The notes beneath the pieces are model-generated. The model was not told the DNA's origin. It did not search any database and was given only the letters and a program-made list of their open reading frames with translations. Positions 17,586-28,045 of a stretch of DNA of 64,000 bases are shown piece by piece (the first letter of the stretch is position 1; every line of letters begins with the position of its first letter). The stretch covers positions 1,300 to 65,299 of the forward strand of contig JBKOYJ010000028.1 of the NCBI GenBank assembly GCA_046725345.1. Reading direction: 5' to 3'. A program made the translations under genes and the position numbers. This DNA comes from Actinomycetota bacterium (GTDB taxonomy: Bacteria > Actinomycetota > Thermoleophilia > Gaiellales > Gaiellaceae).

Positions 17586-17629
17586 CGGCTAGACTGGCTG
17601 CCCGCGAGACGCACGTCTCGTCAGTCGTC

Positions 17630-20600
17630 ATGGACCGGCCGGCCCTCCATCCGCTCGTGCGCGAGCTCGCCGAGAGCGAGCGCCTTGGCGCGTTCGCGGA
17701 CGCGCTCCCGGCGCGCGCGCGTGTGTCCGAGCCGGCGCTGCCGCTCGTCGTCGCCGCCCTCCACGAGCGGCTCACGCGCGCGCTCGTTGTCCTCACCGCC
17801 GACGACGCCGACGCGCGCGACCTCGCCGAGGCGTGCGGCTGGCTGGTCGGCGGTGACCGCGTCGCCCTGCTACCGAGCCGCGGCGTGCGCTGGGACTCGG
17901 GCCTCGCGCCGCCGCCGCATCTCGTCGGCGAGCGGGCGCGCGCACTGGACGTCTTCGCCTCGAGCGGCCTCGTCTGCGCCTCGGCCACGGCGCTGGCGGA
18001 GGGCATGCCGCCCACGCGCGCGCGACCGGCGCCGATCAGGCTCTCGGTCTCGGACGAGACCGGCCTGGAGGGCGTGGCCGAGAAGCTCGCCCTCGCGGGA
18101 TACGAGCGGGTCGAGCGGGTCGACGAGCGTGGCCAGTTCGCGGTTCGCGGAGGGCTGCTCGACGTCTTCCCGACGACCGGGCGCGAGCCGCTGCGCGTCG
18201 AGCTCTTCGGGGACGAGGTGGAGTCGATCCGCGCGTTCTCGCCGTTCACGCAGCGCGCTCTCCACGCCGTCGACGAGGCGGTCGTCTACCCGGCCGCGGA
18301 ACGCCGGCTCGACCTCGTGGAGCCGAGCCTCGACGACGAGACGACGAGGGCCCCGACGGACCTCGTTCCGCCGCTCGACCGACGGCCCGACCTCGTCTGG
18401 CAGGCCGACGACGTGCGCGAGGCCTGGCGCGAGGAGGGCTACGCCGAGCTGCCGCTCGACGGCTCGGCCGAGCTCGAGCCGTTGCCCCGCGGGCAGGCGT
18501 ACACGTTCGAAGCCCAGAGGCCGGCGCTCGCCGCGCGCGGCCTCGCGGAGGCGGAGAACGAGCTCGCCGCGCTCGTCCGGGCGGGCTTGCGCGTGGTCGT
18601 CGCCTTCCCGCACCGGGGCGACGCGCTGAGGACGCGCGGCCTCCTGCGGAGGCTCGACGCCCGCGTGCTCGAGCCGGGCGAGGGGTTGCCGAGACGTCCT
18701 GAGCTCGTCTTCGCCGTCGCGCCGGCACGGCGCGGCTTCGTCTGGCGGGAGCTCGGCCTCGCGCTGCTGCCCGACGTGCAGGTGTTCCGCAAGCGGCCCC
18801 CTCGCGCGGATGCGCGGCTCGGGCGCGCGCTCCAGACGTTCGCCGACCTGCGCGCGGGCGACCACGTCGTGCACGAGGACCACGGGATCGGCAAGCTGCT
18901 CGGCTTCGAGACGAAGACGGTCGCAGGCGTCACGCGCGACTACCTGCTGCTCGCCTTCCGGGGCGACGACCGCCTCTATCTCCCGCACGAGCAGCTCGGC
19001 AAGCTCTCGCGCTACATCGGCGCTGACGGCCGCGCCCCCGCGCTCTCGAAGCTCGGCGGGAAGGCGTGGCAACTGCTCAAGAGCCGTGCGCGCGAGTCGG
19101 TCCGGGAGCTCGCCGGCGAGCTGCTCGCGCTCTACGCGCGTCGCCAGCAGGCCGAAGGCACGCCGTTCGAGCTCGACGGCGACTGGCTCGAGCGGCTGGA
19201 AGCGTCGTTTGCCTTCCGCGAGACCGACGACCAGCGGCGCGCGATCGAGGCGGTGAAGGAGGACCTCGAGGCGCCGCGCCCGATGGACCGGCTCGTCTGC
19301 GGCGACGTCGGCTTCGGCAAGACCGAGGTCGGCGTCCGGGCGGCCTTCGCCGTCGCCGTCAACGGCAAGCAGACGCTGCTGCTCGCGCCGACGACGATCC
19401 TCGCCGAGCAGCACTGGCACACCTTCCGCGAGCGGTACCGCGACTTCCCGGTCCGCGTGGAGATGATCTCGCGCTTTCGCTCTCCCGCCGAGGCGAAGCA
19501 GGTGCTGCGCGACTTCGCGGAGGGCAAGGTCGACGTGCTGATCGGGACGCACCGCGTGCTCTCGCGCGACGTCATCCCGAAGAACCTCGGCCTGGTGATC
19601 CTCGACGAGGAGCAGCGGTTCGGGGTCGCGCAGAAGGAGCTCTTGCGCTCGCTGCGGCTCGAGGTGGACGTGCTCGCGCTCTCGGCAACCCCGATCCCGC
19701 GCACGCTGCACATGTCGCTCTCGGGGCTCCGCGACATCTCGGTGATCGAGACGCCGCCCGAGGGCCGCCGGCCGATCCGCACGCATGTCGGGGAGTACGA
19801 CGAGGAGCTGATCAGGACCGCGCTCGAGCGGGAGCACGCCCGCGGCGGCCAGTCCTTCTACCTCCACAACCGCGTGGACACGATCGACGAGGCGGGAGCC
19901 AAGCTCCAGCAGCTCTGCCCCGGCCTCCGCATCCTCGTTGCCCACGGGAAGATGCGGGAGCGCGAGCTCGAGGAGCGGATGCATTCGTTCCTGCGCGGCG
20001 ACGCCGACGTACTGGTCTCGACCACGATCATCGAGTCCGGCCTCGACATCCCACAGGCCAACACGCTGGTCGTCGAGCGATCGGACGCGCTCGGCCTTGC
20101 CCAGCTCTATCAGATCCGCGGCCGCGTCGGCCGGTCGGATCGCGTGGCCTACGCCTATCTGCTCTATCCCGACGCGCACGAGCTGACGCCCGAGGCGCGC
20201 GCGCGGCTGGCGACGCTCGCCGACCACACGGAGCTCGGCGCGGGCTTCTCGATCGCGATGCGCGACCTCGAGATCCGCGGCGCCGGCGAGCTGCTGGGCG
20301 CCGAGCAGCACGGGCACGTGGCGGCCGTCGGCTTCGAGCTCTACGTCGAGATGCTCAACGAAGCCGTCGCGGAGCTGTCCGGCCAGCGGCGCGCTGCGGC
20401 GCGTCCGGTACGCGTGGACGTGCGCGTCGACGCCTACATCCCGGCGTCGTACATCGGCTCGGAGGCGCTCAAGATCGACCTCCACCGACGGCTCGCGCTG
20501 GTCGAGGACGAGGACGAGCTGCGCGAGCTACGCGCGGCGACGGAGGACCGCTTCGGACCGGTGCCCGATGCGGTGCAGAACCTGTTCGCGATCCAGGAGG

Positions 20601-20827
20601 CGAAGCTGAAGCTCGCCCGCGCGGGGGCCGACTACCTGGTGTTTCGCGGCGGTCGCATGAGCGTCGGGCCGCTCGTCCTCGGAACCGGCGAGCTGCGGCT
20701 GCTGAGGCAGGACGTCGACACGGCGGTGTACACGACCGCACGCCAAGAGGTTTCGTTAAGGGACGATGAATTCCGGGGCGCCCTGCGGCTGGTCGATGCT
20801 ATCGTGGCGCTGCGCCAGGCGGCGTGA
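17630..20827 (+). CDS. mfd: Transcription-repair coupling factor
   Basis: CarD/TRCF domain (GDHVVHEDHGIGKL), DEAD/DEAH helicase motifs (LVCGDVGFGKTEV, ILDEEQRFG, LSATPIPRTL, YQIRGRVGRS) and a TRCF C-terminal domain. The ATG at 17630 follows the pth stop; the 164 aa upstream extension of the ORF overlaps pth and is rejected. Confidence 0.9.
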   Translation: MDRPALHPLVRELAESERLGAFADALPARARVSEPALPLVVAALHERLTRALVVLTADDADARDLAEACGWLVGGDRVALLPSRGVRWDSGLAPPPHLVGERARALDVFASSGLVCASATALAEGMPPTRARPAPIRLSVSDETGLEGVAEKLALAGYERVERVDERGQFAVRGGLLDVFPTTGREPLRVELFGDEVESIRAFSPFTQRALHAVDEAVVYPAAERRLDLVEPSLDDETTRAPTDLVPPLDRRPDLVWQADDVREAWREEGYAELPLDGSAELEPLPRGQAYTFEAQRPALAARGLAEAENELAALVRAGLRVVVAFPHRGDALRTRGLLRRLDARVLEPGEGLPRRPELVFAVAPARRGFVWRELGLALLPDVQVFRKRPPRADARLGRALQTFADLRAGDHVVHEDHGIGKLLGFETKTVAGVTRDYLLLAFRGDDRLYLPHEQLGKLSRYIGADGRAPALSKLGGKAWQLLKSRARESVRELAGELLALYARRQQAEGTPFELDGDWLERLEASFAFRETDDQRRAIEAVKEDLEAPRPMDRLVCGDVGFGKTEVGVRAAFAVAVNGKQTLLLAPTTILAEQHWHTFRERYRDFPVRVEMISRFRSPAEAKQVLRDFAEGKVDVLIGTHRVLSRDVIPKNLGLVILDEEQRFGVAQKELLRSLRLEVDVLALSATPIPRTLHMSLSGLRDISVIETPPEGRRPIRTHVGEYDEELIRTALEREHARGGQSFYLHNRVDTIDEAGAKLQQLCPGLRILVAHGKMRERELEERMHSFLRGDADVLVSTTIIESGLDIPQANTLVVERSDALGLAQLYQIRGRVGRSDRVAYAYLLYPDAHELTPEARARLATLADHTELGAGFSIAMRDLEIRGAGELLGAEQHGHVAAVGFELYVEMLNEAVAELSGQRRAAARPVRVDVRVDAYIPASYIGSEALKIDLHRRLALVEDEDELRELRAATEDRFGPVPDAVQNLFAIQEAKLKLARAGADYLVFRGGRMSVGPLVLGTGELRLLRQDVDTAVYTTARQEVSLRDDEFRGALRLVDAIVALRQAA

Positions 20828-20851
20828 AGGTAGCCGGCCGGCGCTGTTTTC

Positions 20852-21907
20852 ATGATGCGGTTCCGATCCATCGCCCTCTTCCTCCTCGCGACGCTCGTCG
20901 TTCTCGCGGCCGGCTGCGGCGGCGGCGACTCCGATGTCCCTGCGGGCGCGATCGCCGTCGTCGACGGTCACGAGGTCTCGAAGGCCAGCTACGACCGGAC
21001 CCTCGAGCAGGCGAAGAAGGGCTACGGGCAGAGCGGCCGCACGTTCCCGAAGCAGGGGACCCCCGAGTACCAGACCATCAAGACGAACGCGGTCAACTAC
21101 CTCGTCGAGAAGCTTCAGTTCGAGCTCGCGGCCGAGGATCTGGGCGTCAAGATCGACGAGGCGGACGTGACCAAGCGGCTGAACGAGCTGAAGCAGCAGT
21201 ACCACCTGACCGAGAAGACGTATCAGCAGCAGCTGAAGGCCGCGGGGAAGACGGATGCCGACGTCCGCGAGGACGTCAAGAACAACCTCCTCCAGGAAGG
21301 CGTCGCCGCGAAGCTAACCGAGGACATCAAGATCACCGACGACGACATCCAGAAGTACTACACGGAGCACAAGAAGGAGTTTCAGACGGCGGCGTCGCGC
21401 GACATCCGCCACATCTTGGTCTCCGTCTGCGGCGCGAAGGCGACCAACGTGCCGGCGAAGGGCTGCCTGTCCGAGGCGAAAGCCAAGAGCCGCGCGAACG
21501 AGCTGCACACGCGTCTCCAGCACGGCGCGAGCTTCACGACGCTCGCGAAGAAGTACTCGACCGATCCCGGCTCGAAGGACACCGGCGGGAAGCTGACGAT
21601 CTCGAAGGGCTCGACCGTCCCCGAGTTCGACAAGGTGGCATTCAGCCTTCCCGTCCACACCCTTTCTCAGCCCGTCAAGACGCAGTACGGCTACCACTTG
21701 ATCGAGGCGCTCTCGAGCATCCGGCCGGCGACGACGACGCCGCTCAAGCAGGTGCGCGCCCAGATCAGGACGCAGCTCGAGAACCAGAAGCGCACCGAGG
21801 CGCTGTCGCAGTGGGTGGAGAAGACGAAGGACAAGTACGCGGACAAGACCGAGTACCAGGTCGGGTTCGCGCCGCCGAAGTCCTCCACGCAGACCGTCTC
21901 GCGCTAA
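20852..21907 (+). CDS. Parvulin-type peptidyl-prolyl isomerase lipoprotein (PrsA/SurA-like)
   Basis: Lipobox LAAGC at the end of the signal peptide. Rotamase core SRDIRHILV...KKYSTDPGSKDTGGKL...FDKVAFSLPV...VKTQYGYHLIE. Confidence 0.8.
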   Translation: MMRFRSIALFLLATLVVLAAGCGGGDSDVPAGAIAVVDGHEVSKASYDRTLEQAKKGYGQSGRTFPKQGTPEYQTIKTNAVNYLVEKLQFELAAEDLGVKIDEADVTKRLNELKQQYHLTEKTYQQQLKAAGKTDADVREDVKNNLLQEGVAAKLTEDIKITDDDIQKYYTEHKKEFQTAASRDIRHILVSVCGAKATNVPAKGCLSEAKAKSRANELHTRLQHGASFTTLAKKYSTDPGSKDTGGKLTISKGSTVPEFDKVAFSLPVHTLSQPVKTQYGYHLIEALSSIRPATTTPLKQVRAQIRTQLENQKRTEALSQWVEKTKDKYADKTEYQVGFAPPKSSTQTVSR

Positions 21908-21927
21908 GGCGCCGTCTCGACGGCGCC
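21908..21927 (+). terminator. Short GC hairpin directly after the PPIase stop (no U tract)
   Basis: ggcgccg-tctcga-cggcgcc directly after TAA 21905..21907. Confidence 0.25.
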
Positions 21928-22023
21928 GACCATCAGGACGTGCGGGCGTGGTCCGCGCGTCCGTCTGAATCGACCGGTCGACACGCTGGAGGCCAACCGG
22001 ACGGCTCTGGGCGCATCGGCCGG

Positions 22024-22029
22024 TAGCGT
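22024..22029 (+). promoter_or_regulatory. -10-like hexamer TAGCGT, 9 nt upstream of GTG 22039
   Basis: TANNNT hexamer with no SD before the mazG start. Confidence 0.3.
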
Positions 22030-22038
22030 CCGGCCGGC

Positions 22039-24116
<2,078 letters not shown>

Positions 24117-24125
24117 TCTCGGCGT

Positions 24126-25541
24126 ATGGTCCGTACGGACCCGCGCCGGACGAAGATCGTCGCCACGATCGGGCCTGCGTGCGGCCTCCGTGACCGGCTC
24201 GCCGCGATCGTGGGCGCCGGTGCCAACGCGGCCCGGCTCAACTTCTCCCACGCGACGCACGAGCAGCATGCGGTGTGGGCCGGACTCGTCCGGGAGGTAC
24301 AGCAGGAGGCCGGCCGACCGCTCGCGCTGATCGCCGACCTCCAGGGGCCGAAGCTGCGGATCGGCGAGCTCGCGGAGCCCGCCCGGCTGCAGCGTGACGG
24401 GCAGGTCGTGGTCGCCGGCCAGGACGTCGCCCGGGACGGCGACCTTCCGGTGAGCCCGGGCGTGATCGGCAACGTCCTCGCGCCGGGCAACGACGTGCTG
24501 ATCGACGACGGGCTCGTGCGGCTGCGCGTCGAGGCAGTCGAGCAGGGCCGCGCGCGCTGTGCGGTGCTCGTCGGCGGGACGATCCACTCGCACAAGGGTG
24601 TGAACGTTCCCGGGGTACCCGTCCCGATCCCCTCGCTGACGCGGAAGGACCTCGACGACCTCCAGTTCGCGCTCGACCTCGGTGTCGACTTCGTCGCGCT
24701 CTCGTTCGTCCGCTCGGCGGCCGACGTCCGCGACCTCCGCCGGATCGTCGAGGAGGCGGGCTCGACCGCGCGGTTGATCGCGAAGATCGAGAAGGCGGAG
24801 GCGGTCGACGCGCTCGACGACATCCTCGCCGTCTCCGACGCGGTGATGGTCGCGCGCGGTGACCTCGGCGTCGAGATCGGCGCCGCGGCGGTCCCGCTGC
24901 TCCAGAAGCGCATCATCTTGCGCGCGCTCGAGCGGGGACAGCCCGTGATCACCGCAACGCAGATGCTCGAGTCGATGGTGGGCCAGCCGGAGCCGACGCG
25001 GGCGGAGGCGAGCGACGTCGCGAACGCGATCCTCGACGGCACGTCCGCGGTGATGTTGTCGGAGGAGACGGCGATCGGGGAATATCCCGTCGAGGCGGTC
25101 GCGACGATGGACCAGATCGCGCGCGCGATCGAGCCGAGCCTCGGCTACCGCCACGAGCTTCCCGACGCGAGCGAGGATCCGACGATCGGGCAGGCGACCT
25201 CGAACGCCGCCTGCGACCTGGCCGAGGCGCTCGGCGCCCGCGCCATCCTCGTCCCGACCTACACCGGACGGACGGCATCCGTCGTCGCGCGCCTGCGGCC
25301 GCGGCGCCCGGTCCTCGGGCTCACGCACCGCCGATATGCACTGCAGCAGATGGCGCTCGAGTGGGGGGTGACGCCCCTCGAGATCGCGGAGGCCGCCGAC
25401 GTCGAGGATCTCTGGCGGCTCTCGGTCGAGGCTGCACGTGCGAGCGGGATCGTCGAGACCGGCGACCGTGTCGTCCTCACCGCCGGCACCGCCGTGAACA
25501 TCCCCGGCTCGACGAACGTGATCAAAGTCGAGGTCGTCTAG
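24126..25541 (+). CDS. pyk: Pyruvate kinase
   Basis: RRTKIVATIGPA...ARLNFSHA...DLQGPKLR...MVARGDLGVEI...TATQMLESM...EASDVANAILDG. Confidence 0.95.
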   Translation: MVRTDPRRTKIVATIGPACGLRDRLAAIVGAGANAARLNFSHATHEQHAVWAGLVREVQQEAGRPLALIADLQGPKLRIGELAEPARLQRDGQVVVAGQDVARDGDLPVSPGVIGNVLAPGNDVLIDDGLVRLRVEAVEQGRARCAVLVGGTIHSHKGVNVPGVPVPIPSLTRKDLDDLQFALDLGVDFVALSFVRSAADVRDLRRIVEEAGSTARLIAKIEKAEAVDALDDILAVSDAVMVARGDLGVEIGAAAVPLLQKRIILRALERGQPVITATQMLESMVGQPEPTRAEASDVANAILDGTSAVMLSEETAIGEYPVEAVATMDQIARAIEPSLGYRHELPDASEDPTIGQATSNAACDLAEALGARAILVPTYTGRTASVVARLRPRRPVLGLTHRRYALQQMALEWGVTPLEIAEAADVEDLWRLSVEAARASGIVETGDRVVLTAGTAVNIPGSTNVIKVEVV

Positions 25542-25560
25542 CCCGCAAGGGCTGGCGCTC

Positions 25561-25992
25561 TTGCGGGCTGACTGGGTCCGCGCGGCGTTAGGAGGAAACG
25601 CCGCCGGAGAGGCCGAACACGAAGTCGTGGCGAAGGCGACTCGCCGGACGCGGCGGTTCCGCGGCGCGCGCCCTACGCGGCGGTGGTTCGGCCTGCTCGT
25701 GCTCGCGCTCGTCGGGTTCCTCTACTACCGGCCGCTCGTGGCGTACGTCGATACGCGCGAGGCGGTGGCGCGCCGCAGCGCCGAGGTGGCCGCTCTGCGC
25801 TCGGAGAAGCGCGTGCTCCAGCGGCGGCTGCGCAGGCAGGCGAGCCCCAGGGCGCTCCAGCGGGAGGCACGGCGGCTCGCATACGTGAAGCCGGGAGAAC
25901 GGCTGTTCATCGTCACGGGAATCGCGGCGTGGCGCCGCGACCGCGCGCGGGAACGGGCGAGGACGGCCGCTACGCTCGGACGTGGTGGATGA
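25561..25992 (+). CDS. Septum formation initiator family protein (FtsB/DivIC-like)
   Basis: Single TM (WFGLLVLALVGFLYY), then coiled coil (VAALRSEKRVLQRRL) and the ARRLAYVKPGERLFIV motif. The eno-ftsB-DUF501 order is typical of Actinobacteria. Start uncertain. Confidence 0.6.
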   Translation: MRADWVRAALGGNAAGEAEHEVVAKATRRTRRFRGARPTRRWFGLLVLALVGFLYYRPLVAYVDTREAVARRSAEVAALRSEKRVLQRRLRRQASPRALQREARRLAYVKPGERLFIVTGIAAWRRDRARERARTAATLGRGG

Positions 25993-26521
25993 CGCGGAGA
26001 TCGTTGCGCGCCAGCTCGGACGCCCTCCTCGGGCGTTTCTGCGCGTCGCCCGCCGCTGTCCGTTCGGACTCCCCGCGGTCACGGAGCAGGCGCCGTACGA
26101 CCGCGACGGCGAGCCGTTCCCGACGACCTACTACCTGACCTGTCCCCACGTCGTCGCGGCCCTCTCGCGGCTCGAGGCGGGGGGCGGCGTCGAACGCTGG
26201 AGCGAGGCCGCCGTTCGCGAGCCTGAGCTTGCGGAGAGCCTCGCACAAGCGACCGCTGAGCAGCGGCGCATACGCCGCCGGCTCGCGGGGGGCCGAAGCG
26301 GCAAGGACGGCGGAACATCGCTTGCGCTCGGCATCGCGGGCGCCGGCCGCCGCGGCAGCCTCAAGTGTTTGCACGCCCACGTCGCGTTCGCGCTCGCCCG
26401 CCCCGGCTATGAGCTGGGCGATCGAATCGTCGCCGAGCTCGAGCCGCTCTGGCCGGACCGGTGCTGCAGCGAGCCGCTGTCACCGGCCGGCGATCGTGCC
26501 GCGCCTACCCGGGCTGGTTAG
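25982..26521 (+). CDS. DUF501 domain protein
   Basis: CPFGLPAVTEQAP...PFPTTYYLTCPH...LKCLHAHVAFALA is the conserved Cys/His pattern of DUF501. Confidence 0.75.
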   Translation: MVDDAEIVARQLGRPPRAFLRVARRCPFGLPAVTEQAPYDRDGEPFPTTYYLTCPHVVAALSRLEAGGGVERWSEAAVREPELAESLAQATAEQRRIRRRLAGGRSGKDGGTSLALGIAGAGRRGSLKCLHAHVAFALARPGYELGDRIVAELEPLWPDRCCSEPLSPAGDRAAPTRAG

Positions 26522-26527
26522 CATCGC

Positions 26528-26848
26528 GTGCCCGTGAACGCGGCCGTCGAGCACGCCCGGCAGGAGTGGGAGGAGAGCGCGCGCCGACTCGACCAGGAGG
26601 CGCGCGACCGTGCCCACCGGCTGCAGCTGCTCCGGCAGGTGGAGGCCGTGACGGCCGAGCTCCGTCGCCGCATCGGCGAGACGTTCACGCTCGCCGAGCT
26701 CGCGGGCGAGTACGCGCGGGCGGAGGCGTGGACTCGCGAGGCGGTGGCGGCGACGGAACCACCGCCCGGCTGGCCGAGCACGCTCGCGCTGGTCGAGGGC
26801 GCGGCGTTCCGCGCCTACGCACGCGGCGCGATCGACTACGCCCCTTGA
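26528..26848 (+). CDS. Hypothetical protein (helical, charged)
   Basis: 106 aa ORF in the coding-like frame. No family recognised. Confidence 0.4.
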   Translation: MPVNAAVEHARQEWEESARRLDQEARDRAHRLQLLRQVEAVTAELRRRIGETFTLAELAGEYARAEAWTREAVAATEPPPGWPSTLALVEGAAFRAYARGAIDYAP

Positions 26849-27069
26849 GCGCGACCCCGGTGCGCCGCGCGCGACCGCGCCGCCGTCCGCTCGCGCGCGT
26901 CGCCCTGCTCGTCGCGGCAGGCGTGCTCCTGTTCCTCTTCGGCGTCGCGCTCGGCGAGGCGCTCGAGGAAGGCCCGTCTGGGGGAACGCGCACGGAGGTC
27001 CGAACGCTCCGTCCGGCGACGGTCGCGCCGCCGGCCCGGACGGTGACGGTGATCGTCACCGAGCGCTGA
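26845..27069 (+). CDS. Small single-pass membrane protein, hypothetical
   Basis: TTG overlaps the upstream stop (TTGA). Arg-rich N-terminus, then LARVALLVAAGVLLFLFGVALG. The stop lies inside repeat family B. Confidence 0.3.
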   Translation: MSATPVRRARPRRRPLARVALLVAAGVLLFLFGVALGEALEEGPSGGTRTEVRTLRPATVAPPARTVTVIVTER

Positions 27070-27343
27070 AAGCTGCGCTTTCAGCGCTTCCGGGGTTAGA
27101 CCCTTTGGGTGAGCGCGCGCGAAGAGCGCGGTCTTCGCGCGCTCTTTCCCGGGCGTCCGAGAGCCGCGAAGGCGACCGTCAGCAGGGGCCGTGAACCGGT
27201 CACCGAGCGCTGAAAGCTGCGCTTTCAGCGCTTCCGGGGTTAGACCCTTCGGGTGAGCGCGCGCGAAGAGCGCGGTCTTCGCGCGCTCTTTCCCGGGCGT
27301 CCGAGAGCCGCGAAGGCGACCTTCGGCAGGGGCCGTGGGCCGG
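27056..27343. repeat. Tandem direct repeat, family B, 2 x 144 bp
   Basis: Units 27056..27199 and 27200..27343 differ at about 5 positions. Each carries hairpins gcgctgaaagc-tgc-gctttcagcgc and aagagcgcg-gtcttcg-cgcgctctt. Confidence 0.9.
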
Positions 27344-27374
27344 TCGACCGTAGTTAAGAAGCGTAATATTTGAT

Positions 27375-27380
27375 TAGATT
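27375..27380 (+). promoter_or_regulatory. -10 box TAGATT in an AT-rich patch, 8 nt upstream of GTG 27389
   Basis: gtagttaagaagcgtaatatttgattagatt is strikingly AT-rich for this genome. No SD present. Confidence 0.4.
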
Positions 27381-27388
27381 CCCGGACT

Positions 27389-27979
27389 GTGGCAAATCGC
27401 GATGCTCTCGCCCCCCGCGCGCCGGGAAGCGAGCCCGACTGGCTCACCCTCGGTCAGGCGGCGAAGTACCTGGGGGTCGCCCAGAGCACGATCCGCAAGT
27501 GGTCGGATCAGGGTCGGCTGCCCGCCTTCTACACGCCGGGCGGCCATCGGCGCTACCGGCGGTCCGACCTCGAGGCGTTCCTCGAGCGCTCCGGGCCCGC
27601 CAACCGCGCGAAGGAAGGACCCGTCGTCCTCATCGTCGACGACGACCCCGGTCTGCGGGCATTCGTGCGCGCACGCCTGGAGCTCGAGGGCTACGCAGTC
27701 CAGGAAGCGGGGAGTGCGGAAGAGGGCCTCACCGCGCTCGAGGAGGGCGCTCCCGACCTGATCCTCCTGGACGTGATGATGCCGAAGGTCGACGGGTGGG
27801 AGATGCTCCGGCGGGTCCAGGAGCGGCACGGCGTCGGTGCCATTCCGGTTCTCATGTTCAGCGGCAAGGTGGACGCCGCGGCGGAGGAGGCGGCCTCGCG
27901 TGGTGCGCACGGGTTCATCGGCAAGCCGTTCGACCCGCAGCAGCTGATCGAGTCGACGAAGCAGATGCTCCCGACCTGA
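27389..27979 (+). CDS. Response regulator with N-terminal excisionase/MerR-type HTH (HTH_17-like) and C-terminal receiver domain
   Basis: WLTLGQAAKYLGVAQSTIRKWSDQGRLPAFYTPGGHRRYRRSDLEAFL (HTH). Then VLIVDDDPG...LILLDVMMPKVDG...VLMFSGK...FIGKPF (REC with all phospho-acceptor pocket residues). Confidence 0.8.
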   Translation: MANRDALAPRAPGSEPDWLTLGQAAKYLGVAQSTIRKWSDQGRLPAFYTPGGHRRYRRSDLEAFLERSGPANRAKEGPVVLIVDDDPGLRAFVRARLELEGYAVQEAGSAEEGLTALEEGAPDLILLDVMMPKVDGWEMLRRVQERHGVGAIPVLMFSGKVDAAAEEAASRGAHGFIGKPFDPQQLIESTKQMLPT

Positions 27980-28045
27980 GCCGGGACGTCCCGGCGCGCG
28001 GAGGGTGCGGGCCTGACGGCGATCGACGAGCACCTCCAGCGCTGG

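Noticed and set aside
17138-17629. 164 aa N-terminal extension of Mfd
   Set aside because: It overlaps pth in another frame and has extreme Arg/Ala/Gly composition. The ATG at 17630 lies just after the pth stop and gives a normal Mfd N-terminus. Analogous N-terminal extensions were trimmed for ORFs 345..1466, 10622..11911, 11739..12581, 31868..33784, 36750..37538, 38132..39796, 42655..43731, 55513..57021, 59089..60900 and 60504..61727.
17870-20485. Very long antisense or out-of-frame ORFs (e.g. 871 aa at 17870..20485 -, 684 aa at 23274..25328 -, 727 aa at 61580..63763 -, 636 aa at 28438..30348 -, 637 aa at 12016..13929 +, 562 aa at 45905..47593 -)
   Set aside because: These are typical high-GC shadow ORFs. 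They lie opposite to or out of frame with genes that have unmistakable family motifs, and their translations are dominated by Arg/Ala/Gly/Pro/Asp with no recognisable domains.
25541-25568. Intrinsic terminator after pyk (gcccgcaag-N10-cttgcgggc)
   Set aside because: The 9 bp stem is real, but there is no U tract and the candidate TTG start of the ftsB-like gene lies inside the 3' arm. This is too ambiguous to call as a feature.
27056-27343. CRISPR array (also considered for 51198..51406)
   Set aside because: The repeat units are 144 bp and 105 bp long and directly abut each other with no unique spacers. No cas genes are present.
26836-27447. 203 aa minus-strand ORF with an internally duplicated peptide (…GRLRGSRTPGKERAKTALFARAHPKGLTPEALKAQLSALGD… twice)
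   Set aside because: The duplication is simply the translation of the 144 bp DNA tandem repeat. The ORF spans intergenic DNA, overlaps real genes at both ends and has Arg/Ala-rich shadow composition. The same applies to 51085..51378 (-) and 29376..29603 (-).
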